Notes: generated by a model not told the origin, from the sequence alone. Shown: positions 10,839 to 22,154, counted from the stretch's first letter. The stretch: DNA of 28,469 nt from Chiloscyllium plagiosum (GCF_004010195.1 NC_057719.1:29885100-29913568); one strand, 5' to 3'. Numbers and translations: made by a program.

Positions 10839-11474
10839 CCTCTCCTGAACTACGATTCTGTGAATTATGCAAACTTTGTTAATATTTTGTGACCTGAATT
10901 GAGAACATCCATTATACCTTAGTGAATCAATTGCTACATACAGTGTGCTTATAAATTCCTTGTGCAATTTTGAGCTTGGATAATTTTGGGTAGAATGTTT
11001 TGTAATTGCTAACTGATTTCCCAAGCGGTGCATTTTTGATGCAATGAACAGTGGATTTCTTACCACAACCATCCTAATCTCCTAGCCATAACACACATTT
11101 TCTCAACAATAACTGTTTGTTTGTTTGAATTATAACAACAACTCACATTCATAAGACTTATGAATTACGCTTTCATATACCATTCACAGTTTGTTCCCAT
11201 CATGTGTACGTCCAAAGAACCCAAAGATTACATTTCTCTGAGGACTGTATAAACACCCTCTGTTAATTTTCTGGACTAATTTTGCTTCTGGTTCAGTTGC
11301 CAGCTTGCTTTTTGCTCTCTGAGAAAAAAAAGTTTGATATTTGAGTTTTAGTTTGGTCTCTTGTTTCCATTCCTTTCATTCTTTGGTAAGAGGGTGATAT
11401 TTTTAAGATGTCCTTACAGGATTGCCATTCTTAAAGATGTATTAATCAGTGTAAATTCTTCTGTGTCATTTATT

Positions 11475-11830
11475 ACAACAACGAAATAAGAGATGCTAAA
11501 TATTATGATATATGGAGGGGTGATCAAAAATTTGGTCAAAGTGTGGGATTTTTGAGTGTCTTAAATTAGAAGGAAGTTTTATGAACTGCAGAACATGGGA
11601 AGAAAGGATGAACACATGGTTGGTAATGAAGCAATGGAGGGGATGCACAAAGTCTTGAGCCAGGGAATTATGCATTCCATAGGGGAGCAGAAGTAATACA
11701 GAGAGGTGAAACTATGAAAGGATTTCATCATGAGGCATTGAATTTTAAACTGGAGACTTTGAACTAGGAAGAACAGGGGTGGTAGGTCCTGAGTAGGATT
11801 CAGTAAGCTAATGTTTCCTGATTGCAGAGG
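11475..11830 (-). mobile_element. Old L2-type LINE 3' fragment
   Basis: GTGATCAAAAATTTGGTCAAAG..GTGTCTTAAA and GCATTGAATTTTAAACTGGAG resemble recalled antisense L2 3' sequence; highly diverged. Confidence 0.5.
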
Positions 11831-12359
11831 ATGAAGACCAATGATTAAACAACCTCTACCCATTTATTGTGCGTAGAACATCTTAGACCTATGTGCTATT
11901 CATTCCTTAATGTGCCTCAGATTGATGCACTTGTATTGACTTGATCACAAGATCTTAACACTAAACTCTTCAGCCATCTAACCTTTCCAGTCAGGAATTT
12001 TGGGCTATCTTAACCGTTGTGTAGGAGTGATTAATGCACAGGGAAGAGTTTCACATGAATGGAGGCAAGAAAGACTTGAAAGTCATTCTTTGTTACAAAG
12101 AATTTACTGGCAGATAATCAGATACCAAGATTGGAAATATGTAAGGGAGCTGGAATCAGTTGTGATGATACAACAGGTTATGACAGAGACTGAAGACATT
12201 TTTTTCACTTGTGGAAACTGTGACACATCCATCACTGGATATTGGAGTTAATGGCAATTCAGGAGGGGGAAGGGGAACTTTTTGCTAGTTGGATGAATAT
12301 CTGGCAGAAAGAAAGATGGTTGTGGTTGTTGAAGGTCCGTCATTTCAGCTCGAGGATAT

Positions 12360-12410
12360 AGAAGAATACAGCGCAGTACAGGCCCTTTGGCCCTCGATGT
12401 TGCGCCGATC
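12360..12410 (-). mobile_element. 51-bp extreme 3' end of a young CR1, flanked by a perfect 77-bp direct duplication
   Basis: Reverse complement GATCGGCGCAACATCGAGGGCCAAAGGGCCTGTACTGCGCTGTATTCTTCT; 12283-12359 is identical to 12411-12487. Confidence 0.85.
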
Positions 12411-13139
12411 TGCTAGTTGGATGAATATCTGGCAGAAAGAAAGATGGTTGTGGTTGTTGAAGGTCCGTCATTTCAGCTCGAGGATATCTCTGCATGTTTT
12501 CCTCAGCATAGTGTCCTAGGCCAAACCACCTTCAGCTGCTTCATTAATGACTTTCCCTCCATCATAAAGTGGGGATATTCACTGGTTGATTGTGCAATAG
12601 CCAGCACTATTCATGACTCCTCAGACACTGAAGCAGTCCATTTTCAAATGCAGCAAGACCTGAACAAGAACCAGGTTTGAGTTGATAAGTGGCAAGTAAT
12701 ACTTGATAGTGAAAATTCTGCAGTGATAATGCCATTATATGTCAAGGGGTGATGATTAGATTCCATTCTTTTGGAGATGGTCATTATTAGGCATGTGTAT
12801 GGCTTGAAGTTTTTTCACTCATTCATTCATTCATTCATGAGATACAAGCAACTCTAACAGGGCCAGCATGTATTGCCCATCCCTAGTTCTCCTTGAGAAG
12901 GTGATAGTGAGCTGTTGTCTTGAATTGTTACAGCCCATGTGCTTTTCGAGCAGGCTTAATGCCACCTTCATAAGGGCAATTTGGGATGGACAGTAAATGT
13001 TGATTCAGTCAATGACACCCATGTCCCATGAATGAATTTTAAAACAAATTGAATCTCACAATTGCCCAGCAATGACTATCTGCAACAGGAGAAAATCCAA
13101 TCACCATCCCTTGATATCCAGTGACATTATCATTGGAAA

Positions 13140-14005
13140 ATAGAGTCAGAGTCATTCAGTGCAGAAGCAGACCCTTCAGCCCAACTCATCCGTGCTAACT
13201 AGGTTTTCTAAACTGTACTGGTTCATTTATGTGCACTTGGTCCATATCCTCCTATACCTTTTTTATCTAAGTACCTGAACAAATTGTAGTGAATGGAATG
13301 AGGTCAGCCAAGTGGGCCTCACAGACCCAATCACTGAGCCCTGGCTGACATATATAAACAAGAGTGTTAGACATTCTGAGAGCTGGCTCTCAAGAGCAGT
13401 TTCAAGTACTACGAGTATGTAAATAAAAAGTGACTTGGAGATGTGATATCAGGTTCTATGGAGTTATTTCACAAAAGTCTTTTAATGTTGTAATTTTACT
13501 CACCTCAACCACTTCCTCTGGCAGCTAATTCCATATGTGCATCACCCTCTGTGGAAAAAGTTATCCTAAAGTCCCTTTTACATCTTCCCCTCTCACCTTA
13601 AAGTTATGCCCCCTAATGTTGGACTCCCCTACCCTGTGAAAAAGATCTTGACTATGCATCTTATCTATGCCCTTACTAACCATGCCTCCTATATTTTCAT
13701 CCAAATCATTAATATAAATGACAAACAACAGTGGACCCAGCATGATCCCTGCGGCATACTACTGGCCAAAGTCCTCCAGTCTGAACACAACCCTCTACTA
13801 CCATCCTCTGTCTCTTACCGTAAAGCCAATTTGGTATCAGTTGGCTGGCTGTCCTTGGATCCCATGTGATCTAACCTTACTAATCAGTATACTACATGGA
13901 ACTTCTTTGAAGGCCTTACTAAAGACTATGTTGAAAACATCTACTGCTCTGCCTTCATCTATCATCTTGATCACCTCCTCAAAAAAAACCTCAAGTTTGA
14001 GAGAG
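13140..14005 (-). mobile_element. CR1 fragment (internally deleted) nested in the preceding LINE
   Basis: Minus ORFs FFEEVIKMIDEGRAVDV..FSKAFKEVP and LGPLLFVIYINDLDEN; 3' tail AGAGTCAGAGTCAT at the left end. Confidence 0.85.
13285..13471 (+). mobile_element. Solo LTR (187 bp)
   Basis: TG...CA ends, TATATAAA and AATAAA inside, flanks CAAAT (13280-13284) and CAAAA (13472-13476); CR1 sequence resumes across it. Confidence 0.75.
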
Positions 14006-15723
14006 TCTTTCCCACATAAAAGGATCCCTACTATCAACATCATGTTGGTTACCATTGACCAGAAATTGAATGTGCCCAGCCATATATACACATACTGTAG
14101 CTACAAAAACAGGTCAAGATGAGGAATTCTGTGGCGAGTAACTCTGTTTCCTCAATGCCTGTTTACTATCTATAAGGCACAAATCAAGAATGTGATGGAA
14201 AACTTTCCGCTTTCCTGGATGGGTGCAACTCCAATAACACTCATTCAGGACAAAGCAGCTGCTTGATTGGCACCTCATCCATCACCTTAAGTATTCACTC
14301 CCTTCTTCACTAATGCAGAGTGGCAGCAGAGGATGCCATGTACAAGATGCACTGTAGCAACTCATCAAGGCTCGCCTTGACAGTACTTTCCAAACCCACA
14401 ACCTATGCAGCCTAGAAGGACAAGGACAGCAGATGAATGGGGGCATGACAATCTTATTTTTCCCAAGATATGTGTCATTCTGACTTGGAACTATATCTTC
14501 GTACTTCACTGCTGCTAGGTAAAATTTTCAGAATTCCCTTCCGAACAGCACTGTGGGTATTCCAACACTAGATATACCACCTTCCAGGGCAATTACAGAT
14601 GGGCAATAAATGCTGGCCTAGCCAGGATTGACCACTTTCCCTTGAATGAATAAAACAAGATCAGTCTGGACCTGCACAGGAATCCATCTCCCCTATTAAA
14701 AAAGGCATAACTAAAAGCTCTCCAAACCTCGCTCATGTGGTACTGATCACTTTGATCCCACTAACTTAACCTCTCATTTCTAGTTGATCAAGTTAAAGCA
14801 GTCACAATTTAAGAACATAAGAACAAGGTGCAGGAGTAGGCAATTCAGCCCCTTGAACCTGATGTGCCATTTAATACAAGCCCCTCATCTTGGCTTCAAC
14901 TTCACTCACCTGCCCACTCGCCATAATCCTTTAACCTGTTTCTAATCAAAAAAAATTTCATAAGTCTTAGAGTCATAGAGAAATATAGCCTCAGAAATTG
15001 ACCCTTCAGTCCAACTCCTCCATGCCGACTAGATCTCTGAAATTACGTTAGTCCCATTTGCCAGCACTTGGCCCATATCCCTCTAAACTCTTCCTATTCA
15101 TATACTCATCCAGATGCCTTTTAAATGTTGTAATTGTACAAGCATCCACCACTTCCTCTGGTAGTTCATTCCATACATGCACCACCTTCTGTGGGAAAAC
15201 ATTGCCCCTTAGGTCTCTTTCCCCTCTCATCATAAGCCTATGCCATCTAGTTTTGGACTCCGCCCCCCACACAACCCCCACCACAGGGAAAAGACCTTGT
15301 CTATTTACCCTATCCATGCCCCTCATAATTTTGAAAACCTCTATCAGGTCACCCCTCAGCCTCTAACGCTCCAGGGAAAACAGTCCCAGCCTGTTCAGCC
15401 TCTCTCTATAGCTCAAATCCTCCAACCCTGGCACATCCTTGTAAGTCTTTTCTGAACCCTTTCAAATTTCACAACATCCTTCCAATAATAAGGAGACCAG
15501 AATTGCATGCAATATTGCAACAGTGGCCTAACCAATGTCCTGTATACTTGCAACATGACCTCCCAACTCCTGTACTCAATACTCTGATCAATAAAGGAAA
15601 GCATACCAAATGCTTTTTTCATTACCCCGTCTGCCTGCAACTCCACTTTCGAGGAATTGTGAACCTGCACCCCAAGGTCTCTATGTTCAGTAACACTCCC
15701 CAGGATCTTACCATTAAGTGTAT

Positions 15724-15878
15724 GTTGATAAAATATGGAGCTGGAAAAGCACAGCAAATCATGCAGCAATAGAGGAGCAGGAAAGTCGATGTTTCAGGTT
15801 GGGACCCTTCATCAGGACTGGGGAGGTGGAAGGGAGCCCAGAAATAAATACAGGCGGGGGGGGGGGGAAGGGCTGGGT
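15724..15878 (-). mobile_element. Penelope terminus (family A-related) inserted in CR1
   Basis: GCTGGAAAAGCACAGCA..GAGGAGCAGGAAAGTCGATGTTTC..CCCTTCATCAGG plus a G-run; diverged flanking repeat ATTAAGTGTA/ATTTAGTGTT. Confidence 0.8.
15784..15819 (-). ncRNA. Minimal type I hammerhead ribozyme motif
   Basis: Reverse complement AGTC-CTGATGA-A-GGGT-CCCA-ACCT-GAAA-CA-TC-GACT: 4-bp stem I (AGTC/GACT), 4-bp stem II, full core; ACGU changed to ACAU. Confidence 0.65.
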
Positions 15879-16063
15879 ATTTAGTGTTTAATTCCTGCCT
15901 TAATTTGCCTTTCCCAAAATGCAGTACCTCACATTTATCTAAATCAAACTCCATCTGCTACTCATGGCCCATTGACCCATCTGATCAAGATCCCGTTGTA
16001 CTCTGACGTAACCTTTTGCTATCCACTACACCTCTAATTTTGATGTCATCTGAAAACTTACTA

Positions 16064-16282
16064 CATCCTACCTGCATCCACCTAAAGCCATCTCACTCAC
16101 CTTTCCCCAGGCCCCACCCCCCCCATTTATTTTGCAGCTCTCTTCCCCTCCCCCAGGCCTGATGAAAGATTCTGACTTGAAACATCAGTGCTACTTCTCC
16201 TCTGCTGCTTGACCTGCTGTGCTTTTTCCAGCTCCAATCCTTATCTACTGACTCTCCAGCACCTGTAGTTCTCACTGTCTCT
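16064..16282 (+). mobile_element. Penelope terminus (family A-related) with decayed hammerhead core at 16159-16186
   Basis: CTGATGAAAGATTCTGACTTGAAACATC; GACCTGCTGTGCTTTTTCCAGC; flanks AAACTTACTA (16054-16063) and AAACTAACTA (16283-16292). Confidence 0.75.
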
Positions 16283-16293
16283 AAACTAACTAA

Positions 16294-16387
16294 TAACCAC
16301 CTGATGAAGAAGCAGCATTTTGAAAGCTAGTGCTTTCAAATAAACCTGTTGAACTTTAACTTAGTGTTGTGTGATTTTTAACTTTGC
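16294..16387 (+). mobile_element. Penelope terminus (family B) beginning at its hammerhead motif
   Basis: CAAATAAACCTGTTGAACTTTAAC..GTGTTGTGTGATTTTTAACTTTG matches 3842-3901 and 5903-5952. Confidence 0.8.
16298..16332 (+). ncRNA. Minimal type I hammerhead ribozyme motif (family B)
   Basis: CAC-CTGATGA-A-GAAG-CAGCA-TTTT-GAAA-GC-TA-GTG: stem I CAC/GTG, stem II with two G-U pairs, palindromic AGCU, CUA triplet. Confidence 0.6.
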
Positions 16388-18747
16388 ATACCTCCTATGT
16401 TCACATCCAAATTATATATATAATGTTGAAAAGTAGTGGACCCAGCACCGACCCTTGTGGGACTACAAGTTTTAACTTTTCCAATTCATCAGTACTGATT
16501 TCTAATCGCTCCCGCAGTCATCTCATGGTTGTCTGTGGGAGTCTTCTGGGCTATGTGCTATTGCTATTACTGTGATCATCTTAGGCCGCCTTTCCTAATT
16601 TGTTATATGTTTCTTTAAAAACTTTTTGGGCCCTGGAACTGATGGTCCAGAACCAGGATCAGTTGCTACAGAATTCTGTCCATTTGAACCATTTTTTTGA
16701 AAAGGTATTGTCTGAGCTTGACTTATTTTGCTAGCACGCATATAATTCTTGGGTTCCTTACTGGATTTCTCTTCAACTTTTAAAAATTAAAAAAAAAATT
16801 TTATAAGGTGTTGAAATATAGAGTAAACTTTCCTCCACTCGTTCAAACTCAAAAGTAAATTAAATTGAAATCCCCTCAGCTTCATCTCCATTGAACGCTT
16901 CCAGGACAGGGACAATGATTTAAAACTCAAAGAAGAATTTCTTCTCCTTGTTGCCACTGAAAATAAATAAAGTAAAACTCCCCTCACTGACCCTATCAAA
17001 AACATCTGGGAAAAGGATGCAGGGGTTAAAATAAAAGCTCCCTGGGTTTGTTCAAGGAATCCAAAGTGTCTCTAGGGTTTCTACACAAGAGATAAGCATC
17101 TGTCCCCCTCTAGCTGACTTCCTTACAGTCCCTCTATATCCCACTACCCTTTTCCAGCTTGAGCCTTACTTGCTTTGCCGGTAGAACACCTGGCTGATGG
17201 ACCAATTGTGATCAGTGCCAGAGTCTCACACAGCTGCCCTCTTTGGGTTGAACGTGCAATGTACCAGGCATGGTTGGCAGTTTGGGTTCAGAGGGCCGTA
17301 GAATCACTTCAAACCAAAGCCTCTTAACTGGGACACCAAATGTTGTCCATTACTGTTTGAACAAGTTGCAGACAATTCCAATCAGAATGTTATGAGTGAC
17401 TTTGTCCATGTTTCCCACAATACCAAGGCGAATAAGAACACAAGCTGGTACCAAAGCAAAACATTCACACTTTATTAGGAATAAAATTACAATAATTTTT
17501 AATAATAAACATACTATCTGTAATCCTGTTTGGCCCCCTAAGGTTACAACACTTCCAGAGTGTCTTGTAAATGTACACAGTCGCTCTCTGCTATCTCCTC
17601 AAATATATTCAGTACTCTTGCATCTGCCACAACCCACAAATCCATCCACAACTCTTTGAGAGAAGCAATTCCTCCTCATTTTCTGTTTTAAAGCTGCAAT
17701 CCGTTAGCCTAAAACTATGATCCCTCATCCTAGATTGTCCCACAGGGGAGACATCCTTTATACATCTGGTTTGTCAATCAGCTTTAGCATCTTATATAGT
17801 TCAATTAGATCTGCTTTCATTTGTCTAAACTCTGGTGAGTACAGACCTATACTGCACATTAAGACAAGTTTTTCATCTCCGGAATTAATGTAGTGACCCT
17901 TCTTTTGAAGTGTTTCTAAATCTTCTTTCCTCAAATACAGGGACCAAAACTGTACACAGTATTGCAGATGCTGTCTCACCATTACCTTGTGCATTTGCAA
18001 CAACACTTTTTCTACATTTACGCACCATTCGTTTAACAATAAATGTCAAAATTTCATTTACTTTCGTTATTACCTGCTGTACCTGCATACTAGCTTTCTG
18101 TGATTCGTGCATGAGAAGACCCACATCCTTCTGCTTTAACACTTTGTGATACTACTTAGATATTTCTAAATACTGATATTTATTAAATTATGGATTCACT
18201 TGGTCTTGTGATTTAAAATCTGTTGAACATGCATTCTACCCCAATCAAGGAAACAATAAAAACGGCCTCTTCTTTATTGGTTAATAATAAAAGTTGCATC
18301 CATATTTAATTTCTATTGACCTGGTTCCTATTAAATAGGAAACCCTGGCATGCAACTAACTAATTCAAATTTCAGTTTAGTAAATCCAATTCTCAGAAGC
18401 TTTTTGTAATGTACATATTTGAAATCTGCTAGGGGTTACATTAGATAATTTCTAAAAAATACACACAGCAATTCATCTGTTCCTAACTATGGATGTTAAA
18501 GATAAAGTTGGACGAAGGGATTTAGAATTCTGGGAAGAATAGTAGTAAACGCGATGATTAGAATTGTTATGAAACTAGCAAAGGGTGATGGGAAACTCAG
18601 TGAAATTGAATAAATAGACTGAGAGTCTGAAATGTAAAAACAGATTGTAAGAGCTTTCACAGTCATATTAAAAGGAGGAGACTAGGTTCAGGAGCTTAGG
18701 AATAAATTAGAAAAATAATGAAACAAAATGTTCAGCATTACAGTCCT

Positions 18748-19052
18748 TCAAACAGTACTGAGCCCCGCCTGCAGTCCGCACCAGGCCTCGCGTCCAGTCT
18801 GTGCCAAACTCAACAGCTGACAGCCTGATGAGTGCCTGACCTGAAGCTCTGGGCCTACTGAAGCTAGGAGCTCAATCCACGCACTGCCACTGCTGCTGTC
18901 AACAATCCCCTGAAACTGCTCCGGCTTCCCCATGACATCAGAAAATGAAAGAAAAGACAAACACAAAGATAGAAAAGGGGAGAGAGAGAGAGAGAAAGAT
19001 GTGACCGGCCTGGAACAAGTACTCCCTTACCATGCCTATGCCACCATGTTGG
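18748..19052 (-). repeat. GC-richer insert with a (GA)n tract, probably the antisense 5' region of a LINE or SINE; family not identified
   Basis: Abrupt composition change that interrupts CR1 colinearity; reverse complement starts CCAACATGGTGGC. Confidence 0.4.
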
Positions 19053-19721
19053 AGGGTTATCTTGGGGAATGAGGAAGGAGGAGAGACACTGAATAAATGT
19101 TTTTTACATCTGTTTTCACAATGGAAAATGCAATAATCTCAGAAGTAAATGGTAACTAAGGGCCTAATGAAAATGAAGGACATAAGATGAAAACCAGTAA
19201 ATCCCTGGGATCTGATGGTTTGCACCTTTAAGTTCTAGGTGAGGTAGCTGCAGAAATAGTGAATGCACTTGCTCTATCCAAAATTCCCTAGATTGTAGAA
19301 TGAATTATAAATTAGCATATGACTTTACTATTCTCAAAAGGAGGGAAAGTGAGATCAGGAATTACAGCTCAGTTAGCTTGACGCCAATCATCAGGAAAAT
19401 GCTAGAACCTGACATTAAAGAATTCTTAACAGTGCTCTTAGAAAAATTATGATATGATCAGACAAGATCAACATGAGCTTATTAAAGAGATACATTATTG
19501 ATGAATTTTATTTTAAGGAAATAGGGTAAATAAATGATATGATATACAGGATTTCCAGAGGCTTTCAGTAAAGTGGCACAGTAAATGGGAATACACAAGC
19601 TTAAGGGCTCATGAAATTGGGGGTAATATATCAGCATGGATGGAAGACTGGTTTACAGATACAAGGTAGAGAACAGGAATAAACCAGGTATTTTCATGTT
19701 GGCAAGTTGTAACTAATGGAG

Positions 19722-19767
19722 AAAGTGAGGACTGCAGATGCTGTAGATCAGCAACACATTATCAGCT
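19722..19767. mobile_element. 46-bp inverted Penelope family A micro-insertion with TSD up to 19 bp
   Basis: AAAGTGAGGACTGCAGATGCTGTAGATCAG (minus piece) joined to CAGCAACACATTATCAGCT (plus piece); CAAGTTGTAACTAATGGAG at 19703-19721 and 19768-19786. Confidence 0.85.
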
Positions 19768-19844
19768 CAAGTTGTAACTAATGGAGTGCTGCAAGTATCA
19801 GTGCTGGAACCTTAGCTATTTACAATTTATACGATTAGCTTAGA

Positions 19845-20176
19845 CAACAGCATGGTGGCCCAGTGGTTAGCACTGCTGCCTCACATCACCAGGGTCCCAG
19901 ATTCGATTCCAGCCTCGGACGACTGTCTGTGTGGAGCTTGCACATTCTCCCTGTGTCTGCGTGGGTTTCCTCCCGGTGTTCTGGTTTCCTCCCAGAGTCC
20001 AAAGATGTGCAGATTAGGTGAATTGGCCATGCTAAATTGCCTGTAGTGTTAGGTGCATTAGTCAGGGGTAAATGTAGGGGAATGGGTCTGGGTGGGTTGG
20101 TCTTCGGAGGGTCGGTGTGGACTTGTTGGGCTGAAGGGCCTGTTTCCACACTGTAGGGAATCTAAGCTAATCTAAA
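19845..20176 (+). mobile_element. HE1-type elasmobranch SINE (tRNA head, V-domain, CR1-derived tail)
   Basis: A-box TGGCCCAGTGG, B-box GATTCGATTCC, central TGTGTGGAGCTTGCACATTCTCCCTGTGTCTGCGTGGGTTTCC, tail GAAGGGCCTGTTTCCACACTGTAG..AATCT. Confidence 0.9.
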
Positions 20177-20411
20177 TATCAAAATTTGCTCATGATATAA
20201 AGCAAGGTTGGTAATATAAGCTATGATGAGGACAAAAAGAGGCTGGAAAGAAATCTAAATATGTCAAGTCCATGGACAATAAGGTGGTTGGTTGAGTATA
20301 ATGTGGGGAATTGTGAGGTTATTCACTGTAAATGGAAAAAGAGAATATTCTTCAATAAGTGTAAAACTTGTAAATGTTGATGTTCAGAAAGACTTAAAAA
20401 TGTTTTTACAA

Positions 20412-20527
20412 GGCTGAAGTCACCAAGTAGGATTTTCCTTCTCAGCCTCTTCCCTCAGTTAAACCACCATCTCTCTCTAATAAGCGAGCAGCTCTATGGT
20501 CCGGTAGCTCTATGACAAGTTTACTTT
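20412..20527. repeat. Short SINE-related repeat fragment inserted in CR1
   Basis: Interrupts CR1 colinearity; CCTCAGTTAAACCACCATCTCTCTCTAAT..GAGCAGCTCTATGGTCC resembles a recalled shark repeat. Confidence 0.45.
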
Positions 20528-21807
20528 TAAAAGGAACACACGAAATTGGGGGTCTGAAGCTACAGTAAGGAACGAGGAAGGTAAATAGCACCTCAGCCTT
20601 TACTAAAAGGTGATTGGGGCTAAAGTAAAGGAATCTAGCTGCAATTGTTTAGGACTTTGAGGCCAAAACTGCAATATGCTGCACAATTCTAATTTACATA
20701 TCCAAGGAATGATGTGCATGCATTGGAGGCAGTACAGTAGAGGTTTACTGGATTGATTCCTGGGATAAGAGGGTTGTTCTATGATGATAGAGTTAACTCT
20801 CTGTAGTTTACAAGAATGAGAGGTGATGTCATTGAAACTACAAAATTATAAAATGGCATGAGAGGATAGACAAGGATATATGCCTTGGTTCTTTTGGGGA
20901 TTCTAAAACACAGTGGCTAATCCTTTGTTTAAGGAGTGATCATTTGTGAAAGAAACTAGAGGAATTTCTTCACTTTGTGAGGAATGTTTGGAATTCTCTA
21001 CCCCTGAAGCTTGTGGCTGCACTACTTATTGTTGAACATTTTGAAGATTGAGAGGCAGACTTCTGATTTTTCTGGACACAAAGACACAGAGCAACTGGGC
21101 AGGGAAATTTATCTGAGATAGAGCATCAGCGATGGTCACATTGAACGATAAAGCAGTTTCAAGGAGCCATATGGTTTACTCCTGGTTGTGGTTATGTTCT
21201 TAGCCCACAACCATTCACTTCAATACAGCAGAACATTAAATTTGTGTTCTCCATTGCACCAAAGTCATTGACTGCATGCATTAACAGAGGCCCAATATTA
21301 AGAATGGTAAGCATCACGAAAAAAATGTTCTTGACCTCTTGAAGGAGAGGCTTAACAAGAATGGTGGAATCTTTGGAGAAGTGATTCTGTTCTGTAATGC
21401 AGTAAGGAATTGCTGAAGATGTGACGTGACGTAGCGCAGACCAATAATTTCTGACGATTAACTGGATGTCCTGTTGCTGTGCAAGGGCATAGGAACATCC
21501 AATATTCTGATGATGCAGAAGACTGTCTACGTGGAAGCCCTGGTTGAAGTGGGAAGAATAACAGCAGAGGTTAATTCCTGAAGTTTAGCTCCAAGAGCAA
21601 GCTCCAAAAAGAAGTTGAACAATTTTACTCAGGTTGTCAAGGCAAATGAGCAAATGGCACTTACATCCAAATGAATTGAGAGCCTTATTGAATGCTGCTT
21701 AGTTCACTGCACCCCATCACCTACTTACCAAGAATAACTATCAATCAATACATGACCCTTCAGTTCATATGCGTTACATCACCCTTACAAGTGTAACAAT
21801 GTCATTT

Positions 21808-22154
21808 GGGCAGCACGGTGGCTCAGTGGTTAGCACTGCTGCCTCACAACAGTGGGACCTGGGTTTGATTCCAGCCTCAACTGTCTGTGTGGAGATTGCA
21901 TGTTCTCCTGTGTCTGCACGGGTTTCCTCTGGGTTTTCCGGTTTCTCCCAAAATCTGAAGATGTGCAGGTTAGGTGAATTGGCCATACTAAATTGCCCAT
22001 TATGTTCAGGGATGTGTAGTTTAGGTGCATTAGTCAGGGAAAATGTACAGTACTAGGGTAGGGTAATAGGTCTGGGTGGGATACTCTTGGAAGGGTCGAT
22101 ATGGACTTGTTGGGCCAAATGGTCTGTTTGCACACTGTAGATTCTGTGATAATT
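21808..22154 (+). mobile_element. HE1-type SINE in the first intron of the Harbinger Myb/SANT relic
   Basis: GGGCAGCACGGTGGCTCAGTGGTTAGCACTGCTGCCTCAC, B-box GGTTTGATTCC; colinear with 19845-20176. Confidence 0.9.

Larger units (their letters stand above)
12260..14657 (+). mobile_element. CR1-type LINE (second subfamily) RT remnant to 3' end, fragmented by nested insertions and a local inversion (about 12700-13045)
   Basis: YLAERKMVVVVEG..FPQHSVLGQTTFSCFINDFPS, INIMLVTIDQKLN; tail GGGCAATTACAGATGGGCAATAAATGCTGGCCTAGCC..GAATGAATAAAA. Confidence 0.8.
14960..16465 (-). mobile_element. CR1 RT C-terminus and 3' UTR with three Penelope-terminus inserts
   Basis: RTLVRPLLQYCMQFWSPYYWKDV, MRGMDRVNRQGLFP..VWNELPEEVV, MEFDLDKCEVLHFGK. 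Confidence 0.9.
14810..18150 (-). mobile_element. Older CR1 split into 14810-14950 (3' end) and about 17587-18150 by about 2.6 kb of inserted elements
   Basis: TAAGAACATAAGAAC tail at the left end; minus ORFs VRQHLQYCVQFWSLYLRKE and ADLIELYKMLK on the right; the two pieces are colinear in CR1 order. Confidence 0.7.
18560..21202 (+). mobile_element. Old CR1 ORF2 remnant to 3' end with several nested inserts
   Basis: AAATCCCTGGGATCTGATGGTTTGCACC (KSxGxDGLH), GGAATTACAGCTCAGTTAGCTTGAC (NYxxVSLT), GATTTCCAGAGGCTTTCAGTAAAGTG, GAGGTGATGTCATTGAAAC, tail GGTTATGTTCTTA. Confidence 0.8.

Noticed and set aside
12283..12487. Repeat-spacer-repeat pattern resembling a CRISPR array
   Set aside because: Only two 77-bp repeats, made of LINE RT sequence; the spacer is a CR1 tail; eukaryotic context with no cas genes.
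19845..19920. tRNA-like A and B boxes (also at 21808-21875)
   Set aside because: Heads of HE1-type SINEs that continue into SINE body and tail; not tRNA genes.
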